Origin: an uncultured virus (IMG/VR IMGVR_UViG_3300030333_008421)
Lineage: Duplodnaviria; Heunggongvirae; Uroviricota; Caudoviricetes
DNA length: 64,000 bases
Strand: one strand, 5' to 3'
Virus record (IMG/VR): IMGVR_UViG_3300030333_008421
Position numbers and translations under genes: made by a program. Positions within the stretch are counted from its first letter, which is position 1. Every line of letters begins with the position of its first letter. Under the pieces are notes generated by a model that was not told where the DNA came from, made no database searches, and saw only the letters and a program-made list of their open reading frames with translations. This document shows positions 58,612 through 64,000 of the stretch, in pieces.

Positions 58612-59661
58612 ATGAATGATGGTTCAGAAATTAAACCTGTTTCTCGTGTATTAATTATTGGAAAAGGCTTTATTGGTACACAATTATCAAATTTTCTTTC
58701 TCAGGATGAAGATATTGAAGTTCATTCTATTGCAAACGAACAAGTAAATTACTTAGATTCAGTAGAGTTAAATTCGTTTTTAGATTCATACCTTGGTGAA
58801 AATATACATTTTGATACTGTAATTAATTGTTCTGGGGTAACTGGTGAGCGAAATGTTGATGATGTAGAAAACGATAAAGAACTTGCTTATCTGTATAATG
58901 CAGTTTTACCATCTGTTATTGCAGGTGCTTGCGTTAATTTTGATATTAATAATTTTATAAACATTTCATCAGGTTGCATTTTTACAGGGCCAAAAGAGGA
59001 TGGAACCGGGTATACTGAAACTGATATACCTAATTTCGGTATGTTTAATGATGAATCGTCTTGGTACAGCAAAACTAAACATGCAGGTGAGTTAAACTTA
59101 ACAAGCGTTTTTAATACATACAATCTACGCATAAGAATGCCTATTGGTGAAATTTATCACCCAAGAAATACCATATTAAAAATGGCAAGATATAAAAATA
59201 TCTTGAATTCTGATAATAGTGTAACCTATCTTTACGATTTGTTTAATTTCGTTTATAATTTGATTCTTACAAACCAGCCTTTTACTGAAAATCAAATGCC
59301 ATACGGTATATACAACATAGTAAGTAATGGCACTTTTAATCCTAAAATGCTTTTTGAAGCTTTTAACAATAATAAGGAAGAGCTTCTTGAAGCAGACATC
59401 TTACCTAAAGGTTGGGATATAAAAAATATTAAATTTCTTGATGAATCGCAATTTAAGAAAAATAAAGTAACTAAAGTCGGTCGTAGTGTCTGTATTATGG
59501 ACAATACTCTTGCTAGTAACTTAGACATTCATAAGTTTGCTGATATCAATCAGGAATTTATTGACAAATTAGTTAAAAATATTGTTTTGGATAAGAAAAA
59601 TCAAGAATCAACAGTAGTTCAAACCGAATTTTCTGATCCCGAGCCAACGGAAGACATATGA
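58612..59661 (+). CDS. NDP-4-keto-rhamnose 3,5-epimerase/4-reductase (NRS/ER or RmlD-like)
   Basis: GKGFIG, INC.G.TG..NVD, SSGCIF, PNFG, YSKTK, LRIRMP. Confidence 0.78.
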   Translation: MNDGSEIKPVSRVLIIGKGFIGTQLSNFLSQDEDIEVHSIANEQVNYLDSVELNSFLDSYLGENIHFDTVINCSGVTGERNVDDVENDKELAYLYNAVLPSVIAGACVNFDINNFINISSGCIFTGPKEDGTGYTETDIPNFGMFNDESSWYSKTKHAGELNLTSVFNTYNLRIRMPIGEIYHPRNTILKMARYKNILNSDNSVTYLYDLFNFVYNLILTNQPFTENQMPYGIYNIVSNGTFNPKMLFEAFNNNKEELLEADILPKGWDIKNIKFLDESQFKKNKVTKVGRSVCIMDNTLASNLDIHKFADINQEFIDKLVKNIVLDKKNQESTVVQTEFSDPEPTEDI

Positions 59662-60617
59662 CTATTTTAGTTACAGGTGGCTATGGTTTTATTGGTAGTC
59701 ATTTAGTTAAAGAACTGAATGATAAAGGATATAAAGTCCTTATTTACGATTTACAAACTTATGCAACCGATTATGTGGACTTTGAATACGGTAAACCTCA
59801 GTGGAGAGTGTGGGGAGACATTCTAGATGTTAAAAAACTTAATTCAGTTTTAAAGACCCATAAGATAGATAAAATTATTCATCTTGCTGCTGAGTCGCAT
59901 GTAGATAATAGTATAAAAAATCCTAATAAGTTTGTTGAAACAAATGTACTAGGTACTGCAAACATATTAAACATTGCAAAAGATAAAAACATACCAATGG
60001 TTCATGTTTCAACCGACGAAGTTTATGGTACTTTAAGGTCAGACGATAAAAATTGGAACGAAAAACAACCTATTCAACCAAGGTCACCTTATTCAGCATC
60101 AAAAGCTGCATCAGATATGTTAGCGCTTTCTTATTATCATACATACGGTACAAATGTAAAGATAACAAGGTGCTGTAATAACTTTGGAATTAATCAACAC
60201 ATTGAAAAGTTAATACCCAAATCAATTTGTTCGAGTTTTAATAATAAAGAAATTTTAATTTATGGGGATGGCACAAATAAACGTGAGTGGATACATGCTC
60301 AAGATCATGCTAAAGGGGTGATCTTGGTAATGGAAAAGGGAGATCCCGGAGAAGTATATAACATAGGTACGGGTGAAGAGTATTCTAACAATCAAATATC
60401 GAGGATGATAGCTAAATACACAAAGACAAACGCTGTTACCCGTTATATTGATGATAGACTTGGACATGACTATAGGTACGCACTAAATTACGGAAAGATA
60501 AAGAGACTAGGTTTTAAACCTACGAGATCTATTAAAGATAGAAAAGAGTGGAATGAAATTATTAAATTTTACAAGAAATATACAGAAGCCGAAAGAAAGG
60601 TACCTGTACGCGGTTAA
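59658..60617 (+). CDS. rmlB: dTDP-glucose 4,6-dehydratase
   Basis: GGYGFIGS, HLAAESHVD.S, STDEVYG, SPYSASKA, EKLIP, REWI...DH, DRLGHD.RY. Confidence 0.93.
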   Translation: MTILVTGGYGFIGSHLVKELNDKGYKVLIYDLQTYATDYVDFEYGKPQWRVWGDILDVKKLNSVLKTHKIDKIIHLAAESHVDNSIKNPNKFVETNVLGTANILNIAKDKNIPMVHVSTDEVYGTLRSDDKNWNEKQPIQPRSPYSASKAASDMLALSYYHTYGTNVKITRCCNNFGINQHIEKLIPKSICSSFNNKEILIYGDGTNKREWIHAQDHAKGVILVMEKGDPGEVYNIGTGEEYSNNQISRMIAKYTKTNAVTRYIDDRLGHDYRYALNYGKIKRLGFKPTRSIKDRKEWNEIIKFYKKYTEAERKVPVRG

Positions 60618-60825
60618 AAATGGAGATTACGCAGGTCATTTTATTGCTTTCATCAATCGCATTGACAGCAAGTATATTTTTCTTACTTTGCCTAACAACC
60701 AAAAACTTGAAGTACCCATCAAAGACTTCGAAGAAGGAATTGAAAAAGAACTCTTAGAATTTGTCGAAGTAATGCCCAAGTACGTCTTTAAAGTAATTAA
60801 AGCTCAATACGAAAGTACTAACTAA
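60553..60825 (+). CDS. Hypothetical protein
   Basis: 90-aa ORF overlapping the rmlB end. Confidence 0.5.
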   Translation: MKLLNFTRNIQKPKERYLYAVKNGDYAGHFIAFINRIDSKYIFLTLPNNQKLEVPIKDFEEGIEKELLEFVEVMPKYVFKVIKAQYESTN

Positions 60826-60862
60826 TAGTTGACTATCTAGCGGATAACGCTATAATAATTAT

Positions 60863-61084
60863 ATGCTATCTATTAGAGATAAAATATTAAAGGCAAAGTC
60901 TCAAAAAGAAATAGAAACTTTATTAGAAGTATTTTCTAAATGGGAATTCGTTTCAACCAATACGAAGACTAAAGTCGTTCGAGCTGTTAAGCAAAGGGAA
61001 TTAGAACTTTCCGGTGCAGTTGTTAAAAAGACAAACAAAAAGAGAAAGGCGAAGAATGACAAATCTAATACTCGACGCAAATAA
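60863..61084 (+). CDS. Small basic hypothetical protein
   Basis: TTGACT-N16-TATAAT-N6-ATG. Confidence 0.6.
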   Translation: MLSIRDKILKAKSQKEIETLLEVFSKWEFVSTNTKTKVVRAVKQRELELSGAVVKKTNKKRKAKNDKSNTRRK

Positions 61085-62009
61085 TCTTCTTTATAGGATT
61101 TTTTGGGTAAACAAAAATAAGAGAAGTGGAGATCCTTCTTTATCTACTCTTATGTTTTTGAGATCGATAAAATCATATGCAGATAAATTTAAACCAGATG
61201 TAATTTATGCTGTTTGGGATAAAAAATTAAAATACCCATCTACTAATTTTCGAAAAAATCTTTCTACCGGTGATTATAAAAGTAATCGCGACGGTAATAT
61301 TGCAAAAGAAGCTCATCAAAATGACGGTGAGTTAAAATTACTTTTGGATAGTCTGGGTATCAAAAGTTTATACCCTAATCGAATGGAAGCTGATGATGTT
61401 ATTAGTTGGTTGGTAACTGAATATCAAACTGCAGTCACTAAAAACGTAATTGTATCTGTAGATAAGGATTTATATCAACTTATTAATAATAAAACAATGG
61501 TGTTTAACCCTATTCAAAAAGTAGCTATAACCGAAGCTAACTTTTCTAATTATACAAAAGGTGTGATGAAAGAAAACTTTTTAGATTACAAATCTCTTAT
61601 TGGTGATAATAGCGATAACTTAAAGGGTTTACATAAAGTAGGTCATAAACGCGCTTTAAATCTAATTGAGAAGTATAATAAAGCAGGTAGTTGGGAGAAA
61701 ATATTAACCGACGATAATCTCAACATTTACAAAAATAATAAACAGATGATGGACCTTTCTGTGGGTTGGAGATACTATGAAGATGAGGAAATTGAATATA
61801 AAAAACAAACCAAACAAGGTCTTCCTGATAAAAATTCATCAACATTTTTTGATTTATGTAAAAAATATGAACTTGGTACTATCTTAAAGAATAAAGACAA
61901 GTGGATTAGTTCTTTTTTTGCTAATGACGTAATGCAAAAAGTTGTCGATAAAGTTAACCTACTAAATAATAAATATATAAACAACAGATATGAACAACAA
62001 TATCAATAA
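61056..62009 (+). CDS. rnh: T4 RNase H / 5'-3' flap exonuclease
   Basis: ILDANNL, WD, YK.NR, EADD, SVDKDLYQL, GD.SDN..G...VG; start revised to ATG 61056. Confidence 0.9.
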   Translation: MTNLILDANNLLYRIFWVNKNKRSGDPSLSTLMFLRSIKSYADKFKPDVIYAVWDKKLKYPSTNFRKNLSTGDYKSNRDGNIAKEAHQNDGELKLLLDSLGIKSLYPNRMEADDVISWLVTEYQTAVTKNVIVSVDKDLYQLINNKTMVFNPIQKVAITEANFSNYTKGVMKENFLDYKSLIGDNSDNLKGLHKVGHKRALNLIEKYNKAGSWEKILTDDNLNIYKNNKQMMDLSVGWRYYEDEEIEYKKQTKQGLPDKNSSTFFDLCKKYELGTILKNKDKWISSFFANDVMQKVVDKVNLLNNKYINNRYEQQYQ

Positions 62010-62193
62010 CATGAACATGGTTAGGGCGATTCCTATTGCAAGCCCGATCTCCGGTGAAACCGTTTTTCCTAAAATGCATAGAATAGAGCGTGGAGGTAAA
62101 GTTTATACCGAAGCTCACTGGATTGATCCTGCTAGCGGTACTTTTATTCGAAAAGGTATCGTTTCAATTGAAGATGCACCTAGTCAATCTTGA
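61990..62193 (+). CDS. Small hypothetical protein
   Basis: 67-aa ORF with SPISG...W.DP.SG.FI.KG pattern. Confidence 0.55.
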   Translation: MNNNINNMNMVRAIPIASPISGETVFPKMHRIERGGKVYTEAHWIDPASGTFIRKGIVSIEDAPSQS

Positions 62194-62224
62194 TTAAAAT
62201 TGATACTAGCATATTATCAGGTAT

Positions 62225-63268
62225 ATGATTTTACCTGAAGCTTATATCATTCAAAAATTTTATCAGTACGCAGGTAAACCAAAGTATAACCGTCTTGCTA
62301 AAACTTATCAGGGCGGTTGTCCTATCTGTAGGGAAGGTAAATCATGGGGTAAAAAACGAAGATTATTTTATGTCGTAAAAGATAGTTTTTTTCATTGCCA
62401 TAATTGCGGTTGGCATTCAAATCCTATTAACTGGATAATGGAAGTAGCTAACTGTACCTTTGAAGATATTGTTAAAGAAAGTAATGAGTATGATCTTTTA
62501 CCCGAAGATGTAAGCGAACAGACCGATATAAACGCATTTGTAAGTAAAATTGTTTCACAAAAACTACCAGAAGATAGTATTAATTTATATGACAACAATC
62601 AAACAACATATTTTAATGGTAACCCTATAGTACAAACTGCATTAAAATATATAAAAGATAGAAAATTAAACGAAGCAGTTAACAAGCCTAAAAGTTTATA
62701 TGTTTCATTAAAAGATAAAACTCATAAAAATCGTTTAGTGTTACCTTTTTATGATCTAGATAATAAAATAATTCATTACCAAACCAGAACGTTATTAAAA
62801 GCTGATGATAAATTAAAGCCAAAATATCTTTCAAAAATAAACAGTGATAAAAGTGTGTTTAATATAAATCAAATAAATGAAAATCATGATAAAATTTATA
62901 TTTTCGAAGGGCCAATTGACTCATGCTTTACAATTAATGGTGTTGCAGTTGCGGGTATAACCGAAAAGAGTTCTAACTTGTATACTAAATTACAATATGA
63001 ACAACTTAATAAGTTTCCTTTTCATGATAAGATAATTGTGTTAGATTCTCAATGGCAAGACGATGCTTCGAAGAAGAAAAGTAAATTTTTATTAGAAGCT
63101 GGTTGCAAAGTGTTTATATGGCCTAAAAATATTGGTAAACGCTATAAAGATTTTAATGAACTCGCGGTAGACAACAATATAAACAAAATCCCTTCAAAAA
63201 TAATAGATGAAAATACCTATACTGGTTTGAAGGGACTAGTAATTTTATCAGGACTCAACAGAGTGTAG
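62225..63268 (+). CDS. gp61: gp61 DNA primase
   Basis: CPIC...CHNCG Zn finger, RLVLPF, Q.R, KY, EGPIDS TOPRIM, KDFN. Confidence 0.93.
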   Translation: MILPEAYIIQKFYQYAGKPKYNRLAKTYQGGCPICREGKSWGKKRRLFYVVKDSFFHCHNCGWHSNPINWIMEVANCTFEDIVKESNEYDLLPEDVSEQTDINAFVSKIVSQKLPEDSINLYDNNQTTYFNGNPIVQTALKYIKDRKLNEAVNKPKSLYVSLKDKTHKNRLVLPFYDLDNKIIHYQTRTLLKADDKLKPKYLSKINSDKSVFNINQINENHDKIYIFEGPIDSCFTINGVAVAGITEKSSNLYTKLQYEQLNKFPFHDKIIVLDSQWQDDASKKKSKFLLEAGCKVFIWPKNIGKRYKDFNELAVDNNINKIPSKIIDENTYTGLKGLVILSGLNRV

Positions 63269-63649
63269 ATAACCTTTTAAATTCTCAATAAGTGAGCTTA
63301 ATTCCATTGCCACCCTGGCAATTTTCTTAGTTTCAGCTCCAGCTATTTTATTGAATAAGGTATCGCAACTTGCTGCATGTAATTTAGATTGAACCGAATA
63401 ACCTTCTTCACTGTTAAGGTAGTTGGTAAAATCTTCCATTTTTCTAATAATTTCAGCAAGTTCTTTAGCTTGCACCGCATTATCATTTGCAACTACTTGC
63501 TCAGCATCCAATTGAGGGACATCTTCAACCTCAAAGTCACTTGTTTCTGTACCTGGCTCAAGCTGAGTTTCCATTGCTTCTGTATCAGTTATTTGTATTT
63601 CTTCGTCTTGCTCTAAAAGCCTAACAAAATGTTTACCGAAAAAGCTCAT
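63248..63649 (-). CDS. Hypothetical late protein with capsid-targeting-like leader
   Basis: MSFFGKHFVRLLE; TAAATA-N5-ATG. Confidence 0.55.
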   Translation of the reverse strand: MSFFGKHFVRLLEQDEEIQITDTEAMETQLEPGTETSDFEVEDVPQLDAEQVVANDNAVQAKELAEIIRKMEDFTNYLNSEEGYSVQSKLHAASCDTLFNKIAGAETKKIARVAMELSSLIENLKGYLHSVES

Positions 63650-63654
63650 GTTAT

Positions 63655-63676
63655 TATTTATGCCTCCCTATAAATA
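63655..63676. promoter_or_regulatory. Back-to-back divergent late promoters
   Basis: TATTTA-N8-TATAAATA; ATG 63649 (-) and ATG 63682 (+) each 5 nt away. Confidence 0.8.
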
Positions 63677-63681
63677 ATAAT

Positions 63682-64000
63682 ATGTCTAGTAGAAGACTTT
63701 TAGAAGAAGATCAGATTAAAATGTATAACAAATGGGTAAGAGGTATCGCTACTCGCGAACAAAAACCTACACATGTTACGGTATCAGATCTACTACAGGC
63801 GTCAGGTAGGAACGAAAACGATAAAGCCCCACTGGAATTACCCTATCCTATGACTCATATTGTGGAAGATATGGGCGGCTTGTATTTAGCTGCAGCAAAT
63901 CTACAAACAAAAGCTGAGCAAACTAAAAATAACCCTGTAGTTTTCGAAAGCGAAAATGCAGCTAAGAGTTTAGATGATTTTATCATAAAATGCAGAGCAA
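63682..64000 (+). CDS. Hypothetical late protein (truncated by window end)
   Basis: MSSRRLLEEDQIKMYNKW... open to window edge. Confidence 0.6.
   Translation, partial: MSSRRLLEEDQIKMYNKWVRGIATREQKPTHVTVSDLLQASGRNENDKAPLELPYPMTHIVEDMGGLYLAAANLQTKAEQTKNNPVVFESENAAKSLDDFIIKCRA

Noticed and set aside
366..62598. Numerous other 60-95 aa ORFs nested in or antisense to long genes
   Set aside because: Fully overlapped by well-supported genes and lacking the promoter-start geometry seen for real genes
1..64000. Bacterial capsule/LPS island or NCLDV origin
   Set aside because: gp55, gp32, gp45, UvsW/X/Y and T4-type late promoters identify a T4-like phage; no flippase or export genes
1..64000. Stop-codon reassignment, tRNAs, CRISPR arrays
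   Set aside because: Core genes are full length in the standard code and end with TAA, TAG and TGA; intergenic gaps are very short and no cloverleaf or repeat-spacer pattern was seen

Overview
A 64-kb, AT-rich, gene-dense fragment of a large T4-like (Tevenvirinae/Kyanoviridae-like) myophage genome. It carries a rearranged T4 replication/recombination core (uvsY, uvsW, gp55, gp47, gp46, gp43, uvsX, gp41, probable gp59, gp32, gp45, rnh, gp61), thyX, phoH, Mn-SOD, a scattered 7-deazaguanine pathway (folE2, queD, queE, queC, Ntn-amidotransferase) and about 25 glycan synthesis/decoration genes. Main signals read directly from the DNA: (1) nearly every transcription unit has a promoter placed so that +1 falls on or next to the start codon (late TAAATA-N5-ATG/GTG; early TTGnnn-N16-TAnnAT-N5-8-ATG), implying a largely leaderless transcriptome, with gp32 the clear exception; (2) about 20 late proteins, including SOD, an HxGH nucleotidyltransferase, a KxDG ligase-like enzyme, a PD-(D/E)xK nuclease, a retropepsin-like protease and a pre-toxin-TG-like protein, start with a T4 capsid-targeting/prohead-protease-like leader ending in hydrophobic-x-E, suggesting a packaged and injected enzyme payload; (3) each normally zinc-dependent step of the deazaguanine pathway is replaced or has lost canonical Zn ligands. 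Two small genes missed by the ORF track (Hc1-like histone, basic Cys-rich protein) were found. No tRNA, rRNA, CRISPR array or mobile element was recognised. All family calls are from motif recognition by eye; no database search was run.
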